NCBI GenBank assembly: GCA_001643675.2
Contig: LSRY02000037.1
Span: forward strand, 1-64,000
Length of the DNA stretch: 64,000 bases
Source of the DNA: Monocercomonoides exilis PA203
Taxonomy: Eukaryota > Protista > Preaxostyla
Direction of reading: 5' to 3'
This document shows, in pieces, positions 50,017 through 62,004 of this stretch. Position numbers and translations under genes: made by a program. The notes under the pieces were generated by a model. That model saw nothing but the letters and a program-made list of their open reading frames with translations. It was not told the origin of the DNA and ran no database searches. Position 1 is the stretch's first letter. Each line of letters begins with the position of its first letter.

Positions 50017-50856
50017 TAATCAAAAAAAAATTTCAATGGGATACTGACGGATAGGCAAAAAAGGAATTTAAGATCGTCGGTGACCGTCATGACCGTCAGT
50101 GCAAGTCAGCATTTCAATGTTGGACAAAAAATTGAAATAAATACGAATTGGTGAAAAAGTTGCATTTTTCTATGCTGAATGTGAAATAGAATCATGCGAT
50201 GAAGAATTTTTGCGCTTTTATCAAGTAATTATGGAACAAATCAAAATTAAACACGTGCAGCGAGAACAAACAAAGAAAACTTGTCCTCAAAAAAATTCAA
50301 CAATTCGTTCAGAATTATATAGTATCAGAAAAGGGTTTATTTTTTTTAATGATACATTTAAAAGAACTATTTTTTTTATTAACAAGTTCACAAAGTTCAC
50401 TAAAATGTCCAAAGCCAGTAGTCAGATAACCAACTCCTCATTGTTTATCTTCAAGTTATTTGTTACACACACAAATATTTTGAAGATTCGGCTTCAACAA
50501 TTTCCTTTTCAAAAAAATGTTATTTTCGTTTTTTTTCATTCATCTTTCTTTCCCGACAACGTTGAAAAGTATTTATCAATTTCTTCGATCGACTTGAAGC
50601 GCCTGCCTTCCTTATCTTCATCATTTGATTTATTGAACGCAATTTTTTCAGAAACGCCTGAAGAATTTTTCTTCGAAAACGAGTGATAGAAAAAAAAATT
50701 TTGATGGTGCAAACATTCAACAAATGTTCTTGAGGATGAGGATTGCGAAATGGACGAGTTATTAACAGCTGGAAGAATTGAAAGATGATCAGAAATTTTT
50801 GATTTGATTTTTGCATTGAATGAAGATATTCACAAAAGACTTTCATAACTTTGCTA

Positions 50857-52866
50857 GGGTCATCTTTTTATTGGCACTTTTTTCTTTATTGGCACTTTTT
50901 TTTTAAATAAAAATTAATCTGACCCACAAATGATATTTTAAAATATATTTTTGGTATATATACAAATGTGATATAATCTAATATTTGAATTTTGAAAGAA
51001 ATCCAATTTCTCATGGGGGGGAAATGGGGGGGTTCAAGTCCTTCCATTGAGCTTTCATGAGAAATTGGACTGCACAAAGGTTTGTAAATATTTCTAATTC
51101 ATTCAAAAATTTAAATATTAATTAAAAATTCTTTAATGAGAATTAATAAATAAAAAAATTTATTAACGATCATTACCCATAATATATAAATGAAATTACT
51201 AGTGAAAAAGAAAGCTGAAGCGGCGCAGAAGCGGCTGAAGGAAGCAATGTCTACATTACATTACAGAAAATATAGTTCAAGATTGGAAAGAATTGCGCAC
51301 ATTGTGAATGACAATGTTGTCAGGCTGGTCGACGGTGTTAAATACGGCGGAATCAGTAAGAAGTCATTGGAGCACGCTGTCAAAGCCATAAAAAACGGAA
51401 GGCCTATTGCAAAAGTTGGTCACCCACCAATTATTAGCGGAGAAAAAGAAAAGCAATTCTTAGAAGAAGTTACAATAGAATCTCGATCTGGGACAAGCCT
51501 CTCGTTACGAAAAGCGCGTGATCTGGTTTGCGATTGATATTTGAATTGTATATTAATTGGTATTTAGATGGAAAATATAATTAATGATAGTAAAGAAGAA
51601 GAAGAAAATAAGGAAAATATAAAAAAGACAGTAACTCTAAAGACTGTTTACGCCTTCATACAGAGACATCCGGAACTGAAGTCCTCGCTACCAAAGCAAG
51701 TTGACATTAACAGACTTGCGGCATCTTGCCAGAAAGTCCTAAGGCCGTGGTACACCGAATTACAGTCACTGCACGATGAAAACAAATATCCAGAGGAATT
51801 GATCTTCAATGTCGACGAATCTTCGCTTCGAATTCCAACTTCTACACGTGGAGTCGTTGTTCATCCAGCAGATGAACAAGCTGGATTCAAAAAGACTGCC
51901 GAAAGGATGCCGAATGCTACTCTCGTTGCTGGAATTGCTGCTGATGGTTTCTCGCTTCCGTCTGTCGTGCTGTGGCCGAGTGCAACTCTTCCGAAAGAAC
52001 TGACAACGCTGTTAACACAGTCGCTTGATATTTGGCCAAACAATAACGGCTGGATGGACAAAACAGCATTCAAAAAATACGCCTTAACAGTCCTGCTGCC
52101 AGCTATCATTGACAGAAGAAAGCGAATTCTAAAAGAAACTCATCGTTGCCTTCTTCTCCTGGATTCACACTCATCGCGGGCAGATCCAACGATATGGAGA
52201 CAGTTCAAGGAAGCCAAAATTGACGTAATCACCTTCGTTCCACACACCACGCACATATCGCAGCCGCTGGACAGAGGCGTATTTGCAGTATTGAAGTCAG
52301 AGCTATCAAACAATTACAGTTCTCCATCATCCACCTCCTCATCTTCGAAAAGAACAGCTGTTGCAGATGTGTTGCCACAAGCCCTCCACACAGCATTCAC
52401 CCCATCTGTGATCAAAAAAGCCTTCATTAACAGCGGAGTCCTCAGCGGTGGATCTGGATCTGTGTTAATGAAGCTTCCTCAGTCTTCTCAATACTTCATT
52501 CCTTCTCATTCTCATTGTTTCGACTTCTTCGGAAAAGAAATAACAAAAGAAAAGCTTCTTGATGAATGGGATGAATATAATGAAAAACACAAGATGAAAA
52601 TTGAAGAAATTGAAGAAAAAGAAAAGGAAACTGAAGAAGAAGAATTCCCTTTGAAGAAAAAAGTGAAAAGGAAATTCAGAAAAATTAAAAATGATGACGA
52701 TGAAACAAGTGATGAATTTGACCCGTTTGAACGTGAAAATGGAAAAAGAAAAGTGAGAAGAGTTATTGATTCGAGTTTTGTATTTTTTTGATGTGTTTTT
52801 AACTTTTTTTCATTTCAAAAAATTTTGGTGCCAATAAAGAAAAAAGTGCCAATAAAAAGATAACCC
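50857..52866 (+). mobile_element. pogo-type DNA transposon, apparently intact
   Basis: TA|GGGTCATCTTTTTATTGGCACTTTTTTCTTTATTGGCAC ... GTGCCAATAAAGAAAAAAGTGCCAATAAAAAGATAACCC|TA; ~39-bp TIR containing TTTATTGGCAC twice. Confidence 0.95.
51190..52791 (+). CDS. DD35D pogo-like transposase, 2 exons (51190-51525, 51568-52791), 519 aa
   Basis: A 42-nt phase-0 GT-AG intron joins an N-terminal HTH-like region to IFNVDES...LLLDSH-x-QPLD, with 35 residues between the 2nd and 3rd Asp; no stops. Confidence 0.92.
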
Positions 52867-53427
52867 TAGATTCTTTTTATCTATGCACAATGAAAAGGAA
52901 GGGACGAATCATTGTTCGAATGAATGTAATATTTTTTGTTTCATGATTTTTCTTGGAAGTTATGAAAGTGGATTCATTGTTGAATAAGTTTATTTATTAT
53001 TTTAAGCTTATGCACATTAAATTTTTAATATTTTTTTCTTCAATATCTCACATCAAGTCAGAGCAATATCAAAAAGATATTTTTGTAGCACGTTGATTTT
53101 AATTGCTTTATAAAAAATACTTAATAATTCATCTCGAAATTTTAAAAAAATCAATATATTGTATTTTGTTGCTTTTGTTAACTTGTAAATCACAGAAAGC
53201 TTGCGAAATGAAACAGTTATCTGGTTTATTCATTCATCTTCTTTTACATCTTTTCTCCTTATTCAAAAATTTTTTGTTTCTTCATTATTATCTTTTGTAT
53301 CATTCTTTTTCGCATCATTGCCGCAGAATGTCATTCTCTTTGATCCGCTTGAAATAGGTTTCGTTTGGGTTTTCCTTTCATGTCCACCAACATGTTCCGA
53401 TCTCTGAGTATTCGCTTTTCTCTCTTT

Positions 53428-56253
53428 CTAATTCTTCGATTCTTCTTTGCTCATGATGCATCCTGTGAAAGCGGAGCTTCTCACCGAAAACAAGTTGGCA
53501 AGGGCGGATGATGCGAATGAGATGCACCCGCCATCTGTGGCAGTCTGTTGGTGTTGTGGAGCTGAGTTGATGTTGGTCATGGTGCAGTTGGTGAAGGAGA
53601 GGGAGAGGGCAGGGGAGGTGGCAGAGGAGAGAACACAGCTGGTGGGGGAGGCAGTGGAGGTGATATCGGTGATGTTGGAGGAGTTGAGGGTGAGTGGAGC
53701 TGTGAGGGAGGCGAGATGGAAGATGCTTTGACTGTTGAGGGCGAGACTGGTGATTGCTGTGTGGTTGAGGGCGAGGGAGCCAGCAGTGAGGAAGAAGAGG
53801 GGTGTTTTGATTGGTATGGAGGTTGTTCCGGTGATGGTGGTTGTGTTGAGGTTGAGGGAAGGGGAATCATTGGAGAGGTGGAAGAGGATGGGAATGATTT
53901 GATTTGAGGAGTTGTGGGCGATGGCGAGGGCAGAGACTGTGAGGGAACCCTGGGTCTGTTGGAAGAGGGCAGAAGTAACAGATGGATCTGGTGAAGAAGA
54001 TGCAGATGAAAATGATGATGATGAAAATGAGGAAAATGATGATGCTGATTGTGATATTTGTGAATATGAGATTGGTGGTTGGAGAATGCCACTGGAGGCG
54101 ATGGTGGTGGCATCTGTTCCATTTCCTGTGATTTTAGTGTCAACCGCGCTGAAAGTGAGTGTTTGAGTTGGAACAAATATTGAGGAAAGGAGAGTGAGAG
54201 AGGCGTCTTGGGGATCTGTCAGGTGAACAAGAGCGAATTCAATTGTTTTGCATGGACTGAGTTGTGTGATTCCGCAGAGAGCAGTGTCTGTTCCATTATT
54301 TGCCACAATTTTGTATGTTGTTATAAGAGGGAGCCACCCATTGTATTCTGAGTTATCAGCTGTTCCATTATTCCAGACTCTTTTTGATGCTGTTGTTGAG
54401 CCGCATTGCTCAAACGGGGATTGGGTGATACTATTACCATGAAGGAACACATCATTCCCTCTTCCACTTGTTGCAGTGTTTCCATCGAAGAAACAGAATG
54501 TGATGAATCTTATTTCATTCATCCAAGAATAAGTACTGGTGCAACACAGCGCTGCACCTCCCCATGAAGATGAAGAAGAGGTCAATTTGTTATTCAAAAA
54601 TTGTCAATCATTTACCAAAAATTTAATTGGTTTATTTTGTGGAGGACAATTGAATGTCAAAGAACCTGACGCATTGCCACCAGTGTTCGCAATGAACTTG
54701 CATTTGGAAAGCAAGAATTGAAAATTGGTTGAATTATTTCCTAAAGCAAAATACCAACCAGTTCCAATGTTACTTGTTATTGAACAACTTTCAACTTTGT
54801 TTTCTGAGAGTGACCAATCTGAATTTGATTGTGGCCAGCCAATATGAGCAGCTCCTCCATGTGGAGCCGAACAGCTCGTAAAATTGGATTTTACGATTTT
54901 GATTTTCAACAAACTTTCGCAATATAATGCTCCACTATGACTGTTTGTTGTACAATTATTGAATGAACAAGAAGTGATCGTGAGATTTGCATTTGCGCAA
55001 ACAACATAAAGCGCACAACCATTGTCATTTCCAGCATTTGAGTTATTCCATTCGCACCATTCAAAGAGATAGCTATTCAAATTAGTAAAGGACAATCGAC
55101 TTAATTTCTTTCTTTGAGTTTCATTTCCAATATGCTCAACAGGATCGTTTGATAAAGATCGTGTTTGGTGGAGGAAAGAAGCATTGAAAGCTGAGAGAGA
55201 AGTGGATGGGTTGTTGAGGTTGGGGAGGATGACACCATCGATGGGGTTGTGAGTGTGGAGGAAGATGGATGAGTGGATGGAAAGAGTGTAATGAATGGAA
55301 AAGGAGATGTTTGTATTTATGTTTGTGTTGGTGGAAGTGGAAGTGGAAGAAGTGATTGAGGTGGTTGAGATGAATGGGTTGAGCGAATGTGAAGGAAGGG
55401 ATGGAAGAGATGGATGGGATTGGGGAGAGGAGATGTTGGAGAAGAGGGTGTTTGAGAGATGGAGATGGAGGTGGATTTGGAGGTGGGGATGGGATAGGTA
55501 ATGGTTATGGAGAAGGGAAGGAGAAGAGGAAATAGAAGGGGAAGGGGAAGGGGAAGGAGAAGAAAAAGAAGATGATGTGGATGAGGATAAGGATGAGAAA
55601 GATGAAGGAGAAGAGGAAAGGGATGGAGATGGAGAAGGGGATGTGTAAGGGAGGGAAGAAGGAGAAAAAAGGAATGGCTGGATGAGGAAAATGAAGGAGG
55701 AGAAAGAGGAGTGAGAGATGGAGAATGAGGCAGGGATTGGGGAGTGGGGATCTGGGAGGAGATTGTTTGGGGTGGAGAAGAGGGGGAAGGAGAAGATGGC
55801 TGGCTGGTGGGTGGTGAGGGAGAAGTTTGTGAGAGCGAGGGAGGCATGGGCAGAGAGGAAAAGTGGAGATTTTGTTACTGGTTGAACTTGGCAAGTGGAG
55901 GAGCAGATGGTGGCAGCCGAGTGGTGTTGGGCAGTTAGGAGTGGGCAACCGGTGAGAGAAACCATGGTGAGACGGCTCACACATAACGAGCTGTTGATAA
56001 TTGAAATACTTGTTTCGAGACAGCAAACGCAATTGTCAGCTGCATTTTCATCTTTTGCTGCAGGGATACAAAAATGATTGTTAAACTTTCCATTTTCGTT
56101 TGAATAGTTGATCTGTCCTTTTTGGTTCTCCACAATCCTTTCTTGTTGATTTTGTTTTTCATCAAAACTTCCTCCATCTCTGCAGTTAACAGCAAGCAAC
56201 AAGATAACTACAATATTTAATGCAGCTTTTGCCCTGGTACAACACCTCGCCAT
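53428..56253 (-). pseudogene. Beta-helix surface-protein family member with one in-frame TGA (54604-54606) and probable 3' truncation
   Basis: Signal-like N-terminus (IVVILLLAVNC), FEWCEW, ITSCSFNNC...SGAL, LCGITQLSPCKTI. ORFs 54604-56334 and 53428-54597 are in the same frame. Confidence 0.7.
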
Positions 56254-57988
56254 AGATGTGGATGCGGAGGAAATTTCAAAATAAGAATTCCTGCGCCCAA
56301 TATTATATTTCGAAATAAAGAAAAAAAAGAACATAAAAACGAATGATTCTTTTATTTTGAAATAAAAAAGATAATTTATCTTTGAATAAAATTAGTCTAT
56401 TTTTAAAGTTTATGCAGTTTAGTGGACAAATGTGGATTTTATTTATTTTCCATTTTTCACAAAAAAACAGATAATAATTATTGAATATTTTTTTATTGTT
56501 TTTCATTTATTCAAAAGAAAAATCAATATTACTCAATATTCTTAAAGCGAAAGAAATAACTTTTCCATACACTTTCAAATATAAATTGTTTGCTTCAAAA
56601 TATTTCTCAATTATTTTTTTGTTTTGAATATATAACTTCTTTTTTTGCAAAGAAAATTACTTCAAAGAAAATTCATTTTCATCTTATTGATTTTATGAAA
56701 GTCTTTATTATGTATTTCAAATGTTTCAGTTTTGAAGAAAATGATTTTTGATCAAATGGAAAATTCGTTTTTGAAACTGATTCGTGTTGATTTCTCTTTA
56801 TGATAATGAATCTATTTCTTGATGTTTGAGGAGAAAATTATCTTTTGAGCTCTTTTTCAACAAATTGAGATTCAACCACTGTTACAATGTTTATTCTATT
56901 TTCTGTTTTGTTCGAATCGAGGCAGACCATGATTTGAGCAACAAAATTCAAATGCAGGGAATAATAGTTTTTAATGTTCAACGCTAATTTTTGATTCGTA
57001 GAAAAGCGGACAGACACCTCTGTTAAGGTTATTTATCCTTTGGATAATTCGATTTTTCAGTTGCGCTTCAATATTTGGCAGTCGAACATTCAAATTTGTG
57101 CAAATGCTTATAACAGAAAGACTACATTCTAAACATAAATTCTGAGTTTTAATATAATATTCAGCGTCTCGAATTCGTTTTCCAAGTGAATCAAAGTTCT
57201 TCACAAATTGAGTTTTATTCCAATGTCATACTCAAACCTCGGAGGCATCACATTTTCACTGATAATTTTTCATGTGCAATGCGAAGAGATTCAGTTTTCC
57301 CTGACATTACGTTTTTCTTGCAGGAAACAAATGTTTTTATATCTGGATGCTTCAAAATGGAAAAGAAATTCAATCTGATGTTAGTGAAATATTGGAAGAA
57401 CCATCTCTTTCACGCGGAGCATTAATGCCACTTTCACGCAAAGGAAAAATGTTTTGTTTATTTATTTATCTATGAATGCATTTGAAGAATTAATAACTTG
57501 GAGAAGCCAGAAGCTGTATATAAATCGAAATCTCAGAATCAAAATACAGAAAATGAACACATCCAAAACGAGAGTGCTGTTGTTGCATCGAAGGAAGCAG
57601 TTTTCTGAGGCAAAATGGATGCAATGCCGCGGAAGATACTGTTTCAACTTATTAGCGAAGATGCTTCTATCATAGCCGCATTAAAAATTCACTCCTCACA
57701 TCTGAATTGTTTTCTGCTCCTCAACAAATAAGAAAAGCGAAGACCAAACTATTTTTAAAAATATCGTTGCATATTAAGATTACACCAGTTGTTCCCCTCA
57801 AATCCTCAAAATTGCATCAATCCATTTTTCATTATCTTCCAAAGCAGACAATTTTTCCAGCTCCGAGTAATGTTACTATCTATTTATTGAAAGTTCACAG
57901 CAGACAACAACATCGTGAGCGATACATCTTCGTTCAAAGATTGAGGTTCTCCTCTTTATTATTATTATTATTATCATCATCATCATCA

Positions 57989-58019
<31 letters not shown>

Positions 58020-58034
58020 CTTCTTCTTCTTCTT
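55994..58034 (+). repeat. Left arm of a >=2-kb inverted duplication
   Basis: Reverse complement of about 61957-64000; identical mirror ORFs in the track (56971/62789, 57186/62568, 57454/62318). Confidence 0.95.
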
Positions 58035-58873
58035 CTCCTCCTCCTCCTCCTTCTCCTTCTCCTCCTCCTCCTCTTCTTCCTCCTCCTTCTTCTCCATATC
58101 TCAGTTCAACTAAAATGAAAACGGACTTGAATGTTCAAATCTTTCAATATCATCCAATTGATGTTTCACTCCCACAAAACTTGGGAATCTCCATTTTTTC
58201 TGTTGGTGCTGGACTTCGTGCTTTTCTTTATGATGTGTGATTATTTGGAAATTGAAGCATTGAGACTTGATATTCTGCAACTCAGGATGCATGTTCTCCA
58301 TGTTCATATTCATGTTCTTTTCTTTTCTTTTGTTTAGACAATTTGTGATTATTTTCAGAATTTCATTTCTTTTCATCTTTCACAACCCAATGATCCATTG
58401 ATAAATGAGTTCAAAAACAAAACAATTCACAAAATATGTCAAATCATTAACAATCACCTGTTTTTGGTTTTAGACTCATTCTTCATCACAAAAAACTGAG
58501 AAAAATCTTTCATTCACTTCTTCAATCCCAAGATTTCATTTTCTCTAGCTCAAGTATTTTCTATTTATTCTATTCATAAATTAGATGTGATTCAAAAATT
58601 TTATGATTTATTTGAAAAAACATTATTCTTCAAATAATTTGTTGGTTTTGATCAAAAAGAAACAAAAGATTTCCATTTTTGGCTTCATACAGCAAATCCT
58701 TGAGGTTTTTTTTCCAATTTCTTATACACTTCTTTTCATAAAGCAAAAACAAAACCATTTGTGTTGCGATCATTTTAGTACTGCAAGATAATCAACGATG
58801 TGTGTATTTATCTTTTATTTTGTTATTTGCCAAGCTTTGCCCCTAATTTTGAATATATTTTGCAACAAGCAGA

Positions 58874-60463
58874 ATGAGTTTATCAGACGATGATAATTCT
58901 GAAGATAATAATTCTGAGCATGATTATCCTGAACATGATTATTTTGAAGATCATTATTTTGAAGATAATTTTATTGAAGATCATTATTTTGGAGATAATT
59001 TTATTGAAGATCATTATTTTGAAGATAATTATTCTGAAGATGTAATTATGACTACGGCTAGAACAGAACAGTTTTCAAGTTTGTCATTGTATTTGAATTG
59101 ACCAATTCTGAACTAAATTTTTGTTTTTTTGAATTCAATTTACAGAAATGTTTTGTGAACTGGAACATTGCAGAGAAGATGAGCAAGAACAAAAAATAGA
59201 GGAAATGAATGAAATAGTTAATGAAATGAATAAAGAAGAATTTGAGTCTATTTTCACAGTTAGAATGTATAATAAAATAGACCAAATGATTGGAGAAGAG
59301 AAATTGTCATGGAGAAACGCAATTTTGTTGTTGAAGAATGCTGGATTTTGCAAAGTGCTGAAAATAATTTGCTTAGAATCTTTTGATTATTCATTATTGA
59401 GCGAAAGGATGAAAGAGATGATAACTAATGAAAATAAGAAGAAAAAAGAAGAAAAGAACGAAAAGCATTTTGTTAATCTCTGCGAATGCTTTGTTTCGCT
59501 GGTTGAAGGGGACATTTCAGATGAATTGCTTTCAATATGTGTACCTTGTCTTCTGAAAGTTGCTTTGAACAAGGAGGAAAACGAGGAAACTCAAAAAGAA
59601 GTGGAAATAGCGTTGCTATCTTTGAGCAACATAGGATATTGCGTATGAGCATATCTTGTTCATTTTTATTTTTCAAATTAATTAAATTCATTGCTTCTTT
59701 CTATTATTTTCGTTAGAATGTGGGACAAGAACAATTTTATAATGAGATCAAAGAGATTTTAAAATATCATCAGGAACATCGCAACCTAACCCATCTAGCT
59801 TATCAATCTGCTTGGCAGTTTTTTATAAGAAGAATTTTATTTTATAGAAGCTTGAAAGAAGAAGTTGTGAATGAGCTGCATTTTGTGAGGGAAGCAAGAA
59901 GAGAATTAGAAAAGCTTTCAAAATGTGTTGATGGGAAGAGAAAAGAAGGAGATGGAGGAAAAGAAATTATTATTCGAAGATGGATCGATGTTATTGATAG
60001 ACACTTGACCAGGTACACATTGTGGAATGAAGAACTTGCTGGTGTGATAGGCAGCCTTGTTCATTTATCTCGAGCATCAAGAGATAATCACCCAGATACA
60101 AGCAAACAATGCTTTTTTATATTTAGAAGAGTAGCGGAACGTGTTATTGTGAAAATTGATAGCTTATTGAAAAGTGGAGTTGTTGGTGTTGTTTTGGAGG
60201 AAATGGAGCAATCAACTTTGGATGATGGAATCATGCGGGATTGCTTGTATTTCTTTTTGAATCTTTCAAGAAGATTGAATAAAGAAGAGAAATATGAAAT
60301 GGACGAAACGAAAAGAAAAGAGTTGAAAAGGAAGATATTTGAAAAGATGGAAGAAGAGGGATATGAAGATGTCATCACAAGTTTTCATGAAATATTTTAT
60401 TTTCTATTCAGAAATTTTGATAATTTCTCTTTGGATATTTCAGATTATCTTGTGTATTTTTGA
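58874..60463 (+). CDS. Intact ARM-like helical-repeat family gene, 3 exons (58874-59078, 59146-59642, 59717-60463), about 482 aa
   Basis: Two GT-AG introns join the three ORFs in frame. Paralogs at 13667-15091, 23350-23968 and 60900-61560. The ARM-like fold is inferred. Confidence 0.8.
58886..59040 (+). repeat. 15-bp coding tandem repeat (about 10 units) encoding EDHYF/EDNFI/EHDYF
   Basis: GAAGATCATTATTTT and GAAGATAATTTTATT units are directly visible. Confidence 0.9.
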
Positions 60464-60899
60464 GGAAATAAGAGGAATTTCACTTTGAGAGTCAAACATC
60501 AGAAGAATTGTGAAAAAGCAAACATTTTTTCCTTGCCCTCCATAATTTTGTTTTGATAATTTCAGCTTTGTGAATCCTTTAAATTGTATTTGAAAATGTT
60601 TTAAGAATATTGAATTTTTTTTTTTTTTTTTTGAAAGTTGAAATTTTTTTCTTCATAACACACATAGAAAAATTCAACAAGCTTGATTCTCTTCCTGTTG
60701 ATTTTTCTTATTTCTTATTATTAATTATATACTTTAAAACAAATGTTCATCTTTCTTGAAAAGTATTGGTATTCTTTGAAAAAACACTTTTATTTAATTT
60801 TGCACATTAGAATTCCTTTATTTCCAGAACAAATGAGTTTTCTTCACAAAATATCATAAAAAAGGAAACACAAAAAGATGAAGCGAATATCTATTCAGT

Positions 60900-61560
60900 T
60901 AAATTATTAATACAAAAAATAATCTGGATTATTCTTAATCAAATGATAATCTTCAGAAACACCTTTACATATATAATGGCACAACATGATGATGTAATCT
61001 TCATATCCTTCTTCTTCCATTTTTTTCGAATATCTCCATTTTCGTTCCTTTTCTTCCCTCTTCTTCCATTTCATCTTTCTTCTTTTCTTTCGGTCTTTTT
61101 GAAATAATCAAAAAGAATAAGTTCCAAGCATTCTTATTCCATTTCTTCATTCCATGCTGATCGATGAATTTCCTCCAAAAAGAATTCAAAGACTCCGCCT
61201 TTCAACAGTCCATCAACCTCTGCCACTTCTGCAACTCTGCTTTCTTCTGCTATTTTGAATAAACGAATGAGAATCGGCTTCTCTGTTTGCCTCTTTCTAT
61301 TTAAAGAATTTTTTGGAACATTTTTGTCAAATCCATCGATATAATCTGCTTCTTCCTCTTCCTCCTTTTCATTTCTTCTTTCCTTCCAGAAAACAAAAAC
61401 TGAACAAGATATCTCCTTTATCTTCAATGCATTCAGAAGATAAGCCTGCTGAAAATGTTCAACAGCATCGCAACATAATTTCAGCAAGGTGACATTTCTG
61501 GTTCAGATTGTATTTTAATCCAATATGAGGATATTCATCACATTAATAAAATAGTTTGCT
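60900..61560 (-). pseudogene. Degraded 3' half of an ARM-like family paralog, tail-to-tail with the intact copy
   Basis: VDGLLKGGVFEFFLEEIHRS and KDEMEEEGRKGTKMEIFEK match the family C-terminus; frameshifted. Confidence 0.65.
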
Positions 61561-61956
61561 CAGATTATGATTGAAACCCATCCCTCTGCGGGTGTTGTAA
61601 ATATGCACTGCCACAACACGAAGAATGCGATTCTGTGGAAAGAGCTGCCTTTGAACCAGCTGAACCACACATTTGCCCACAAGCTCCCATTCACTGAAGA
61701 GATATCCAACTTCTTCCAAGGCCTTCTTTTCACCGAAGCCTTATTTAGTCTGCTTCAGACTCCACTTCACTTGCCTTTCTGTTTGTGTGTTGCACCGCTT
61801 CAACTCAAAATCACAGAGGTGTTTGTGTTTGTGCTTGTGTGTGTAGAACAATTGGAAACTTTCGCTTGATTGTAACACACTATCCGTCAGACATTGTTGC
61901 GAGGGCAGAGCATTGGATGGAGAAGAAGAAGAAGAAGAATTTTATGAAGAAGGAAA

Positions 61957-61973
61957 AGAAGAAGAAGAAGAAG

Positions 61974-62004
<31 letters not shown>

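Noticed and set aside
56971-58240. Short ORFs conserved in both arms of the inverted repeat
   Set aside because: Conservation reflects recent duplication only; no recognisable protein features.
58886-59040. Possible CRISPR-like array
   Set aside because: Contiguous 15-bp units without unique spacers, in frame within a eukaryotic exon; no cas genes.
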